Origin: Chrysomallon squamiferum
Taxonomy: Eukaryota > Animalia > Mollusca
DNA length: 64,000 nucleotides
Direction of reading: 5' to 3'
Assembly (NCBI GenBank): GCA_012295275.1
Contig: CM022671.1
Coordinates: 28,334,001-28,398,000 of the forward strand
Of this stretch, positions 43,210 through 56,930 are shown one piece after another (the stretch's first letter is position 1; each line of letters opens with the position of its first letter). The notes below the pieces were generated by a model. That model had not been told where the DNA came from. It searched no databases and worked only from the letters and a program-made list of their open reading frames with translations. Both the position numbers and the translations under genes were made by a program.

Positions 43210-43660
43210 TTATTGCGTAATATTTGGATGGAATTTTATGTATAAGCGCAATATGTGAACTTGATCTTGTTTACATTCCCTAAGCGTAATATATATAATG
43301 TATTCTTGTTTGCATTCCCTTACTGGAAATATTTGCAATTATCTTGTTTCCGTCCGTTACTGTGCAATATTTGCATGTAATCATATTTACATTCGCTTAC
43401 TTATCTTAAAATATATTATTTACACTCATGTATTGTGTAATATTTGCACATAAATGTTATTTATAGTCCTGTACTGCACATTATGTGCACGAAATCACAT
43501 ATACATTAAGTCATATTTTACATTATCTTGTTTACATACCAGTACAGTGTAACATTTGCACGTTGTCATATTTATATTCTGTATAAGCGCAATTTTTGCA
43601 CTTAATCTCATTTACATTTTCTTACTGCACAGTATTTGCACATAAACATATTTATATTTT
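43210..43660 (+). repeat. Degenerate minisatellite with a unit of about 40 nt, roughly 10 copies
   Basis: Recurrent unit resembling tactgtgcaatatttgcacttaatcttgtttacattccc, with heavy divergence between copies. Confidence 0.75.
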
Positions 43661-45254
43661 GAACTGTGTCCTTGACTTGAGATCGAATCTTCGTACTGGC
43701 TTACACAAAGAGCAAAATGTTGAAGTTTAAGATTTTTAAATAATTAAATCCTCTTTTCTCTGACTAAGTCCATTAACATAATATCGCTGTTTTGACTGCA
43801 CGTGAGACTGGTCTGTGTACAGAACGGATTTGACTGAACCTCTTTTAAGTAATATTTGCATGACATCAGAACTGATAAGCAAGTACATACAAATAACAGA
43901 ACGTTTTTCCTCTCGCTAATTGACGATTTTATACCTTTTCTGAAGTTACAGCGTATAATTAATTAAGCACATATATATCATTAGAAGAAAAAAATAAAAT
44001 AATTTTATCGGTGATACTGAGTGAACAAATACAAAAACATAACACTGGATATGAAATGGAGGAATTCATCTCCAAACTAATTTAATCTACGATTTATTTA
44101 TTTATTTATTCCAGTTTTTGCGAAGATGACGACACAGCAATTACTAATGCTTTCATTTTTTTTCTTTAGCTTATAAAATAATCTATCCTAGCTCAGACGG
44201 GATATGTTGTCCATGTTATAGCTGGAATCTGCTTCTACCCACACACACACAGGTTCTTAACTCTACCCACTACTTGTGTTTCTCAACGTATTTCAGTATG
44301 AACAAGAGAATATAATAATCATAATAATAATAATAATGATGATGATGACGACGATGATGATGACGATAATGATGATGATAATAATAATAATACCTATAAT
44401 ATAAAATTAAATGATGAATCTACTGAACATTTTTTGCACATGCGCACAAACGATCATATATCAATTCTGTAGACAAGAAATACGGATTATGAAGTATTTG
44501 CTAAGACGTGTATGTGAGATAGTATTTTGTTAAAGATGAACTATACTTTAGATAACATTCTTTACTCGATACGGGAGACTTTGGTTCGTGCACTTGTGTT
44601 AAATATCTTCAGGTTATATACAAACATTGTTTACTTTCTTATCTTTTGTTCAGAGTTTACACAGGAAGTTGATATGCACATGCGCAAATGCGTTGTTACA
44701 AATATTTGATAATTTTACTGTTTCACGATTGCAGAATGGGATTAAAGGGAGTTATTTTGTTTTTAATTAAGAAATTAATATTTCTGCTCATAAAATGTTC
44801 CGTTTATTTACTTCTTATCTTTATTTGTATTAAATATTCATGCACTTAAGACCATTTACAACAAATAAAATAAAATCAATTTTAATAATAAATAATTAAA
44901 TAAAAGAGAAATTAAAATTAAACAGAATATTTCACGAAATAAAAGAAAGCTATAAAAGTTGTTTATGTCTGGATATACAAAATATATATTTTTCCATTAT
45001 AGCACATCTGGCAGTCTGACAAACGAGATATTTATGACCGATACACTTGATGGGTTTTGCCAGGTCAGGAAACGAACATAACATGTTAAGATCTTTTTTT
45101 TTTTTTTTTTTTTTTTTTTACGCTCGCACGATAAACAGAAATACCGTTTGTTTGTCCGGCTGTTTTCTTATTTGTTATTTATCTTCTGTCTATTTACTTG
45201 TTTATATACACATATATCTATTTTCAAACGAAAATTCCATTCGACTTTCATCTG

Positions 45255-45325
<71 letters not shown>

Positions 45326-46697
45326 CATACATACATACGATGGCGTATACATACAATGGCGTATCTTCTGTACTCACATTCCTTATTTTGCGGATTTTCG
45401 TACTCCACAATAATCTCTATATCTTGTCTGATTTAATCTTAGTAACCGAGAATGCATTTATTTATTTGTTTACTTGAACTCCGAGTATTTTTCAGTGATG
45501 CGGAACCCAAATAGCCAACGAAGCGGTATATCCCGCACATTCAGCGGAAAGGAGCGACGGTATAATTGCGTTCCAGATTTAGATACAATACTGTTTACAG
45601 ATCTCTTCTGTTTAGGATTGTCCTTTATTTTTGGTTTATACGCTTTTCATTGTAATTAAATATACGCAAATTGCACGAAAAGGAAGTTTAATAATAAGGT
45701 CACAACAGACCGTCCTTACACAGGTAATTTTTGAAATACGTTTCAGATTTAAAAGAAGTAAGCTTAATATATAACTGCATAATTTAAAAAAAAAAAAAAA
45801 AAAAAAAAATTAAATTTGAAATTGAAAAAAACAACAACAAAATATTATTATTTTGTCCATGAATTATAACATCAGTCTGGCCACTCACGAGTCTCAAAAT
45901 ACATTTTAGACAAAAAGTCAAAACAGTTGCGTACATATACTTTCATTGTTTTTTTTTCACTAGACACCAACCTTTGCTAATAATAAAGTTTAACATTAAT
46001 AACGGTAACAGTTTCGAACAGTGGTCGTATTCTCTTGAAGTCATGTAAAAACAACACTGCGTATTGTAGATTTAACAGATTCGCCTATGAAACAGTGAAA
46101 ATAATATTACGTAGAAAGCACCGATTGGCGTTTGGTTTTGATATATTTAATGAAAACGAACTTTACGTGCAATTTAGGTTTTGTGTTCAGCCTGTGTAAA
46201 ACTGTGATACTTAAACCATTAGCTCGGTCGCTAAGTATAGACATAGTCTATGACTCAGAAAATACCTTATCTGTTCAGTGTGTCGCCTAATTCAGACCTT
46301 TTAAATCTTACTTCAGTAATGGTTGCTTTATCAGTGTTTGTGAATGGCCAGTGTTCAGGCATAGAATATTTAGTACTTGCATGTACTTACAGTGAGTATT
46401 TGTGCGTGCATGCGTGTGCGTGTTCGCGAATGTGTTTTTGATGTATGTGTATATAATACATTATATTAATGCATATATGTTAATGCATATCCGTATATTT
46501 TATTTACATTTGTACTGAGGGAATGTTTGTTTATTTCAATTAGAATTGTTTACTTTTCATTCAAGTAACTGTTATTTCCGTATTCTGTATACGAAAACCG
46601 CGAGTACATCTCAGCTGATAACATGAAGAATATATAATAATTTTGAAAATTACTTTATAATGTAGATATGAATTTGTATTGTTTATTTAATGTCGAT

Positions 46698-46758
<61 letters not shown>

Positions 46759-47394
46759 CAATAATAAAGATATGAAATCACTTACATTAGCGTCTAGCAA
46801 CCTGCCTAAGTAGCAATGATTTGACTAGTTTGGTTACAGTTTCTTTATGCAAACAAAACAAGTTAAAAATAGATACCACTCAAAGATCATGAAGTATTTA
46901 CTGCGGACTTTGTAAAGAAAGCCAACACTTCATACTCTTTGTGTATGAATACTGCTTTGTGTACATATTGCTTTGACTCTCCTCTGATCCATAAATCTTA
47001 TGAGAATATTTGTTTGTATGGTATAGTTATATGTAAACTTAACCAAAAATAAAATAAAAATAATGCTAAAAAATCAAAAATGTATTTACCATTTTAAAAC
47101 AACAGTGCTGTACTAAGACAGAAATAAATATACGCTGGCATATTTTTATGTAAGTAAATGTTAGTGTGTCTGCATTTTAATATTTGACATGTCAATACGC
47201 GCAAGCTATTTTATTTGTCAGTATGAAATCTAGGTCTCTATGAAATCTATGTCTACCATAAAAAGTATCAGCACAAACAATTAACGCTCTTAATAAACTA
47301 AGTGAAAAACCACCAAGGTAAACATAAGAACAATCACTGAAAAAGAGTACACCTTATTTTCGTTATATCCACACCCACCCACCCAGTGAATGTA

Positions 47395-47441
<47 letters not shown>

Positions 47442-47644
47442 ACAGCATCAACCAACCTTTGTGTTCACTTTCACATTCCAGTACAGTAAAAAAAAAAAAA
47501 AAAAAAAAAAAAATAAAATAAAACGTTTCCTAAAAGTTGTGCGGTTGTGCGGTCTTGCATGGTTGAAGATGACTTTCAATAAAATTGAATCGCATGGTTG
47601 ATGAGCACAAAAAAATTACTAAAAGTCAATAAACCGTGCAGAAT

Positions 47645-47687
<43 letters not shown>

Positions 47688-47804
47688 AAAAAAAAAAAAA
47701 TCAAATCAAACAAAACCGCTGCGATGAAAAATTAATTCAAAAACTAATAAACACAAAATAAAAAAGATGAACAAAAATCTTAGTTAAAAGATTAATTTCC
47801 TCAC

Positions 47805-48160
47805 CTTATCTCGTGCTGTTGGAAATGTGTGTTGAGTTACTCTGTACGTAGTTTTGCACTTGGTTAGTGTGCTGTTGTATTCAGGTGTCTTCAACGACTA
47901 AATGTGCGCTAGTGGTAAAACTGTACGTACATATATATATAAAGCCTGACTGTAACGCGCCTAGAACGGGGTCACTATGACGGTCACCTTTACACATGCT
48001 ACGGATCAGGCTGAGATGTGCCTACGTGATTTCTCATTTGCGCATTTCAATAAATGTATAATTCTGAACAAGAGTGGGTTTTTTTTTAGATACGGCACAT
48101 AATGAAAAGGGAAGACTTGGTGTAATTATAGTAAGTTGTTGTTTACGTGCAAAACGTGTT
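47805..48160 (-). promoter_or_regulatory. Candidate TATA promoter and non-coding first exon for the globin, with clustered RCGTG (HIF-type) motifs
   Basis: On the minus strand a TATATATA run (47943-47931) is followed by Inr-like sequences and a donor GATAAG|gtgagg at 47804. ACGTG cores at 48024, 48145 and 48154. The globin has an unpaired 5'UTR acceptor at 39228. Confidence 0.45.
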
Positions 48161-48217
48161 GGTAGCAGTTCTGACCTTTACAGAAAGTGAAAGTATCAAA
48201 ACTATAAACAACAGAGT

Positions 48218-48640
48218 TAGACAGATAGACAGATAAACAGACGGATAGATAGATAGATAGACAGATATAGAGATAGATAGATTGAAAGAAAAGTATCTAA
48301 AATATAAACATAGTAAATAGATAGACAGATAGACAAACATAGATAGATAGATAGATAGACAAATAGATAGACTGAAAGAAAAGTATCTAAAATATAAACA
48401 TAGTAAATAGATTGACAGATAGACAAACATAGATAGACAGATAGATAGACAAATAGATAGACTGATAGATAGACTGATAGAGAGAAAGACATATAGATAG
48501 ATGTATACAGACTAAAGAACAGAAAGACAGACAAATAGATAGATAGACAGAAAGTCAAACAGAAAGACAGTAAACAGATAAACAGACAGACATACATAGA
48601 GACAGATAGACAGGCAGACAGACAGATAAATAGATAAAAT
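48218..48640. repeat. (GATA/GACA)n compound satellite with an internal duplication of about 90 nt
   Basis: GATA/GACA tetramers, with tgaaagaaaagtatctaaaatataaacatagtaaatagat at about 48283 and 48373. Confidence 0.9.
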
Positions 48641-49185
48641 GTTATGGAAAGATAATTTTAAAAATAAATACAAAACGAACCGAAACATAAACCGAAGCTT
48701 TTTCAATGTAATGTAAAAAGTGATGACAGTGATTCTCTCTAAAGTTTTTAATTTATAAAATAAAAATTTCACAAATTTATTTAAAAAAAAAAAGGTTTAT
48801 ATATTAAATAATAATACTAATAATAATAATAACAACAACAACAAAAACAACAACAACAACAATAATAATAAAGTAATAAAGTAAAACTGAAACTAAAAAA
48901 CCTAATCAAAATCAAAGAAAAGAAAAAACTACAAAAAAAGAGGAGGTAAATGAATAAATAAATAAATAAATAAATGTTTTGTAAAAACTAGTGGTTTTAT
49001 GATCTTTTGATCATAATTTACAATTCATCAAGTTTGCGACTTGTTTGCGACCGACCTCAGAATGTTCTAGAGGATGTGAAACAAAAGGAAAAGAAAACGA
49101 GCGGGAAATTTAAAACAGATAGATAAATATAACAAACAAACAAACAAACAAACAAACAAACAAATAAATCAATCAATCATTAAAT

Positions 49186-49219
<34 letters not shown>

Positions 49220-50201
49220 AATAAATAAATAATATAATAAAATTTAAATAAAAAAGGAAGATTACGAAACAAGGGGAATTCTCATACAGTGAGTCAGTCT
49301 GTCTCTACTCTTTATTCAAAAACAAAAAAACACTATCCCACTATGCTTGAAAAAAAATCAACCCGGAACCCACATTAACCTCTGGGACAGACTTTTAACA
49401 CACTTATCACTCGACGTACTGATTTCCATGCGTGATTTCACGTACACACATACACAGCATGACATACACATTTATTTTTCTCAAATACATGATGACTGTG
49501 CAGTTTGCTGCCTCTCCCCCCACCCACCCCGCAATAAGCACAAACACTTAACTTTGCGACAAAGAGTATGTGTCGCATTTTGCACAAACCAAGTAACAAC
49601 ATTTCATCATTCACCGCTGCTGTCAAGACTGATAATTATTAGCATAATAATAATATATAAATCTTATTAATTTTCTGTTATACACTATGACTCAGCGTTT
49701 GAATTATTAAAAGCAAACACAGCAGTTGTAATTATTATACTGGCTGATACGGCAAGAAAGAGAACAGTCTGCAAATGAAAGTAAACAGTATTTGTTATCT
49801 ATTTGTTAAAAAAACCAAACAAATAATAATAAAAAAATCTTGACGTTTATAGACAAGTCAGTTTTTACTTCAGTATTTATTTTATATTTTTCGATCCTTG
49901 AAAGTGTGAAAGTGCTGTGTAATGTACACTTTATTGTAATCAAAGTATTTTTAGTTGTCCAGTGATTTCGGTTATTGTAAATTATAGTCGCTGACGCCCA
50001 GTCTTTATTAATGTCTTTGAATTCTCTAACATTCTAACGGGCACAGTTTGCCGTGTAATTCTGTAACCTGTTAACACAACATTTTTCGTGTGCTATTCCG
50101 ACTTACTGTAATTTTTGTTTTTTTATTTTAGATATTAAGTCGTGAAATACATTCGTAACTCGTGTAATTTGCTTAATTAGCAGAAATGTACGATTACATT
50201 A

Positions 50202-50250
<49 letters not shown>

Positions 50251-50258
50251 TGTAACAT

Positions 50259-50304
<46 letters not shown>

Positions 50305-50442
50305 AAATTTACCGGCATTTCGCTAAGATGTTAAAATCAAGTCAGTTCACTAAAGTTACAAATCGGTTAATTTATATAACAGCTACTGGATCGACATATT
50401 TATTTTTTAACCGGATTCTGGAGCACCTTGAATAAAGGAGGG

Positions 50443-50479
<37 letters not shown>

Positions 50480-51165
50480 GTTTCACATTTACTTAAGTCA
50501 AAGAGAGATAACTCTTAAAAGTAGACATTACAGCAAAAGTAACCTAAATACTAACGTGCGCTATCGTGACTATGTATAAAAAATTATAATGTGTAATCAT
50601 TGTAAAAACTGACGAATGAATGTATATCATTATATTTAAAGAAAAAACGACAAATTTATACAGTTATGGATATTACTCAATTTTTGTTTATTTAATACGA
50701 TATGACAGAAAAAAGAAAAAAACCCAGCAACAACAAAAAACAAAAAACAACAACAACAACAACAGAAAACAAAAACAAAAACAAACAAACAAACCCCAAA
50801 ACAACGTGGATTATTTCAATGATTAGCAGCATGTGATTTTTATTTTACATCTTCCCTCAGATTGCACTCAGAATATCTTTTGGTAATAAAATGGAAGTTT
50901 GTAATAAAAAAAAAGGAAAACAAAAAAAAGAAACAATGTTGAAAAAAGAAAAACAACAATTTTTTTTTCCGATTCAAAAGTATAAAATTCTGGGAGACTG
51001 AGAAAATCCATTATATTTTTTTATTCTGTGCATTGATACATATTGTAATATTAGGTATATTTATGTTCAGTAATATTACCAGATATTAATAATGTTTTGG
51101 TCACCTCTAAATTGCTTAATGAATTAAATAATATATGACAATTGTAGCTTCTAAATAAAACCAAT

Positions 51166-51212
<47 letters not shown>

Positions 51213-53073
51213 ACTTTAGTTTAATACTATTTTTTTAAAGTATTGTTTTTGCAATAAAGTGACAGAAGTTTAATATTTTATATTCCCAACTACTTTAAAA
51301 TAATTTAATAGCCTAATCAAATTTTCCAAAATTAATTTTATATATAAAACTGCTGTTTTATAATAAACTATTTTAACAAATTATTAGATATTATTTTTAT
51401 TTATTTATTTTTATTTTTTATTTTTTTTACATCCCTCAAAATCACAGCACTTGTAAGTTGAATAAGATGTAACAGTTAAAATACCCAGTACATTCTTTAT
51501 TGAATACAGCAAAATAATGTATTTCTGTTTAATATAAAACAACACAGTAATGTATTTTTTAAAATCTCGATTCACACACAGACTACAAGTAGGGCATGGT
51601 AAATATTTCGCGTTTTTAAATCTGTGGTGTGGTTATTTTTGTTGTTGTTTGGCATGTTTTTAACATTTGTTTTTAACCATACAGCAATTTGAGGTTATTA
51701 AACTAACCGAACGAACAATAAATATAAACTTATTATTTCCTTGTTTCTTAGAATATATTCTAATTAAGCAATTTTAATATTTATTTTTTTATTTTATTTT
51801 ATTTTATTTTATTTTTTTTTTTTTTTTTTGGGGGGGGGGGACACAGATTATAGACGTTTCGTAATAATAGAGTGATGATAATAATTAAAAATGGTATATT
51901 GATTTTTTAAATTTATATATTTATAATTATTATCATTATCATAATTAATATTGCTGTTGTAGTAGTAGATGTTGTTATTAACAGATTAAACAGTTGGCAT
52001 TACATCTTAGATTGCTGGAGCAATAATGACAAAACGAGTTATCTCTCTTAGACCTTTGCAAATGCAAACACGTACACTGAACAGAAATTGTTGTATTATG
52101 TAAAGATATCTACGTAAGTGTGTGTGTGCGTGAGTGTGTGTGTGTGTGTGTGTGTGTGAATGAATTTGCTGATGTTCTACGTATGTCTGATTAGATGTGT
52201 GCGTGTGTGTGCGTGCGTATGTATGTATGTATATATATATATATATATATATTTATATGTATATATGTGTATATACATACATACATACATATACAAAACT
52301 CCACACATACATACATACGTATGTATATATGTATATCGAATATGTTCGAATATCTGTACAGTTCAAAAAAATCTGTACAGTTCATGATTTAGATGTATAC
52401 AGTTCATGTATGTATACAGACATGTATAAAAAAAAATTTATATGTATATGTATACACACATACACAAAGATGATACGAACACATCAGTTTATGTTCGAAT
52501 TTCTTCCAGTTATTATACAGATAGAGCGAAAGAAAAAAACAGCGTAAGATAATAACCACACATCAGTTTAATTCTTCCATAGGGAATAATCTTGTTACCA
52601 CACGTGTATTAATTAAGGGTATCACAGTTTCAAGCCCTAGAAAGCGTTTCAGAAACAGGAGAACATAAACCACTGTTTTAAAAACTACAGTATATTAGTG
52701 AACCATGTTAAAAAATAAAACACACACATACACATACCAAAATCTCTCTCTTTGTTAGTTATCTATTTTTAATAACATTGCATTTATATATAACGTGTCA
52801 GAAGCAAGTGAGAACCAGTCCATACGTGCTTTTAATTCAAAGAATGATGAATAAACTGAATAGAGAAACATTATGACTATTTTGCGAGTTCATTGAGATG
52901 TGTAGCTATGGGAGGTAAACACTGCAGTGACAGTACTGTTTTTCAATAAGGCGAGTGTGTTTGAGGTTTGACGTATTTACCCTGCGTTAATTCTAATGTG
53001 TTTGTTTAACTAGATTCTACACATAGCAACGACTTAAGTGTTTGTTGGCTGAGGTTTAGTTCCAATTAGACGC

Positions 53074-53480
53074 TACTACTACTACTACTACTACTGCCAC
53101 TTTTATAATTATATTGATACAACTACTACTGTTACTATTATTACTACTACAATTATACTACTACTACTGTTACAATTACTGCTAACCTGCTATTGTTACT
53201 TTTACTGCTTTTTCTACTATTACTACTACTACTACTGCTACTATTACATCTACTGCTGCTGTTGCTACTACTGCTAGCACTACTATTGATACTGCTACTG
53301 CTTTTATTACAACAACAAGAACAACCGCTACTACTACTACAACTCCTGTTACTACTACTAATAATGACATTAAGCGTTGTTTCAAAATTAGTTTCAATAT
53401 ATATACCACTACTACTTCTACTCATATCATTATTATTACTACTACTACAACTACTTCTTTTACTACTACTACTACTAGTA
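53074..53480. repeat. (CTA/CTG)n-rich repeat element, related to a second copy at about 55890-56195
   Basis: Both copies share non-microsatellite cores (ttattacaaca.caa.aacaa..gctactactact and atga.attaagcgttg) embedded in CTA triplet runs. Confidence 0.7.
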
Positions 53481-53882
53481 AAAATAATAAAAATAAAATA
53501 GCAGCAGCAGTAACAGCTGCAGCTACAAAAACAACAATAACAGTAACAACAACAACAACAACAACAATAATAATAATAATAATATAAATAATAAACATTA
53601 TATATTTTTAAATATATTCCTTAAACAGTTAAATAACTGAAAATAATAGGGGGAAACCCCCTCCTCCCCCCAAAAAAAAAAAGAAAGAAACAAACAAACA
53701 AACAAAAACAAAACCTCATGACCTTTTTGTTTTGGTTTATACGATTTTCTTACATATTAACGTCTGACTAGCCATTGTCTGTTATAAACAGGAGGGGCAG
53801 AAGATGTAAATAATTATGATATAAAATAGAAGAATAAATAAAGTGGACAATTAAAAACATTTTAGTGTGAACTCTCTAAGTC

Positions 53883-54144
53883 GAGGGCGGATCCAGGATC
53901 TGAGAACAGGGGTGGGCGTTCATTGTGTTATATACAACATTTGAGATAAGAATTAAACGTTAAAAAGATGATCGAAAAAAAAAAGAATAAAAAAATAAAA
54001 ATAGAAAATGAAGAAGAAAAACAAAAAAAAACAAAAGAAAAACAAATCAATTACAAAAAAAAAAAAATATATTCCATGCCAACGTTGTGCAGGTGTGACA
54101 TCTATCCCCCCCACCCTGCCCTCCACTCCAACGGATCTTCGCTC
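53883..54144. mobile_element. Probable degenerate MITE (non-autonomous DNA element) with GGGCGGATCC-type terminal inverted repeats
   Basis: Left end gagggcggatcc and right end ggatcttcgctc (9/12 match to the reverse complement), with a G-run inside the left end and a C-run inside the right end. A similar orphan end, ggatacgccctt, sits at 59002-59013. Confidence 0.45.
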
Positions 54145-54640
54145 AGACTAAATGAATGGAACAACAATTACATCGCCGGCGGTGTCACAAGTACTTCGAC
54201 ATTTCGCTTCGAGTGCCGACACGGAAGTTTGTCACCGTAGACTGTATCAGAGGCCGAACAGACACTTCGTGTAACGCGGGTTACATCGACACTGTTCTCG
54301 TCTGCTTTATTTACACTCGCTGTTTACAGCACGAGACGCACTCTGTCGTTTCGATTCTTGCGCGTTTCGATCCGCACCGGCGTTTTGCACACTGAGGTGC
54401 AGACGACACACGGGATGTAACTCTTGCCGAGCGCTGTGACTCGGGTACACATTTAGCGTGATTATCGAACCACCGACTTAGATAGCAACCAGTTCACCTG
54501 TGACAACAGCACGGTGACATAGTCCGGATAAATACTGTTGAACAAAATGGAAGACGTTTTAGCATGGTCACATGATTTCTGAGTCGTTGTCTCTGTGTGT
54601 GTAAGAGAAGACTGTCAGTGTTTCTCGTCTTGGTAAGTTC
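54145..54640 (+). promoter_or_regulatory. CpG island, candidate promoter and non-coding first exon of the kelch gene
   Basis: Densest non-coding CpG cluster in the window, ending in donor CTTG|gtaagt at 54633. The kelch CDS has an unpaired acceptor ttttcctgttctag| 15 nt before its ATG (exon start 61480). Confidence 0.55.
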
Positions 54641-54878
54641 AATAAATTACACCCATTGTTACGGCGCGCTATTTATTTGCTTGATACGTCCAACTGTCGG
54701 TTTATTTATTATTATTATTATTTTTTTTTATCTTGAAAAAGCAGGCTATAAAGCAAATCTTTTGTCATTTATTACTTTAATTGTCTCTGGAAAGCTTACA
54801 CCTAGTAAAAAAAATAATTAAATTTTTTTTTTCGTTTTTTTTTTTATTATTATTATTATTATGGTTATTATTATTATG

Positions 54879-54923
<45 letters not shown>

Positions 54924-56436
54924 CATCATCATCATCATCATCATTTGTTTATTTGTTTGTTTATTTATTTGTTGTAACAATACACTTACCAAAGTACTTT
55001 ACACACTTATTTATTTTCTAAGTAGAGTGTTAAAAGTATCAAGTTCATTTCTGTTTTATATCACATTAGGTTATTTCACGTAAGAGTCATTGCTATTGTT
55101 GAATGGAAAGCCGTATGTGCAGTCTTTTGTACTTAAAAGAAATCTTCATATTTTATATCAAAGGTGTTACTGTTAAAATGTGTTAAAATACTGGTGAGGC
55201 CCAAAGATGTATAAAATTTGGAGGCCTCTTGTTAAAAAACAAACAAATCTGCTGTAAATCGTTATGTTATGAACCAAAATACTTTTATATATAATTTTAT
55301 GTTTCTGACACACACACTCACACAATACACACAATGCACACACGCACGCACACACACACATATACACATATATATGCATACACTCATAACACATACACAT
55401 ACACACATAAATACATACCTTTATAAAAAAATAATAATAATAACAACAACAACAACAAACAAACAACAATTATTATTAATTGTTAGTAGTAGTGGTTGTA
55501 GCAGCAGTATGTGTAATATCTATTTTAATAGTTTTATTACGGAAACTGTTTATGCATTTCCTCATGACTCACAAACTAAAAAGTCGTTATTTGTCTTAAG
55601 CAGTTCTCAAACTGCTTTTCACGTCAAAAACCTTCGCTTTGTGACTCGTTAATCTGATCTTCGTGTAATACTGGGACGTATTCCATGCATACAAGAAATG
55701 AAACACGTTCTGTCGTTTTTTTTAGATGAACAAATAAATATAACCGGATCTAAAGGTAAGGTCATAACTGGGTTATATCCCGTCCTTTTTTTTTATTTCT
55801 CCGGTCTATGGTTCTTGTTTAACGTCTTTTATAAAGAAATACATTTCGTCTTCCAAGTTTTGTCCAAGTTTCTTTTGTAAATCCATATTTCTACTACTAC
55901 TACTACTATTACTACTACTATTTACTTAAGCAGTTCTCAAACTACTTCCCTTGCTTTGTGACTACTACTACTACTTCTGCTACTACTACTACTATTGTTA
56001 CTACTACACCTATTATTACAACATCAAAAACAACTGCTACTACTACTACTTCTGCTACTACTACTACTTCTGCTGCTACTACTACTATTGATACTACTAC
56101 ACCTATTATTACAACATCAAAAACAATTGCTACTACTACTGCTGCTAATAATAATAATAGTAATATGATATTAAGCGTTGGTTTTGTCTAAGTTTCTTTT
56201 AGAAATGCTGGATCAAACAAAAGAAATAATTAGTTTAAATAAGACAGGCAGAAACATGTCAAGGAACGAACGCAACTATTTCTCAGAAAGCAAAGAATTA
56301 TGTGCGGCTTTCCACGTAGTCCAGTATATAATACATTACCAATGAGTAGAGCGTATTTCAGTTTAGAAAACAATCAACTCTCAACATCCCAAAGTAAATT
56401 AATCATCAACATTTACACTGGTTCAGACGTTGATGT

Positions 56437-56930
56437 TCTTACATTTCTTCAAACTCGAGTCTCTCTAATTCTCCAACATACTAACGTCTTACATTTCTAC
56501 AAACTCAAGTCTTTCTAATTCTCTAACCTACTAACATCTTACATTTCTACAAACTCAAGTATTTCTAATTCTCTAACCTACTAACATCTTACATTTCTAC
56601 AAACTCAAGTATTTCTAATTCTCTAACCTACTAACATCTTACATTTCTACAAACTCAAGTCTCTCTAATTCTCCAACATACTAACGGGTACATTTTTAAC
56701 TTCTAAAAACTCAGATATTTCGAATTCATTAACATGCTACTAACGGGTACAGTTTGTCATGTAATTCTATAACCTGTTAACAGAACATTTCTCGTATGAT
56801 TTTCCCATTTACTAACACAACCTTTCTCGCGTGATTTACTAACATTCTAACATGTAGATTTTCTCGCATAATTCTCTAAGCTACCAACGTACACTTTCTT
56901 GGGTAATATTCTACCATACTAACACAGACC
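56437..56930 (+). repeat. 50-nt minisatellite: about 5 near-perfect copies at 56437-56686, decaying to about 56930
   Basis: Unit tcttacatttctacaaactcaagt(a/c)t(t/c)tctaattctc(t/c)aac(c/a)tactaac(a/g) with an exact 50-nt period in the central copies. Confidence 0.95.

Noticed and set aside
53968-54395. ORFs of 79-90 aa over the CpG island
   Set aside because: No recognisable domain. Open frames are expected in GC-richer DNA, and one begins in an A-rich tract inside the MITE-like element.
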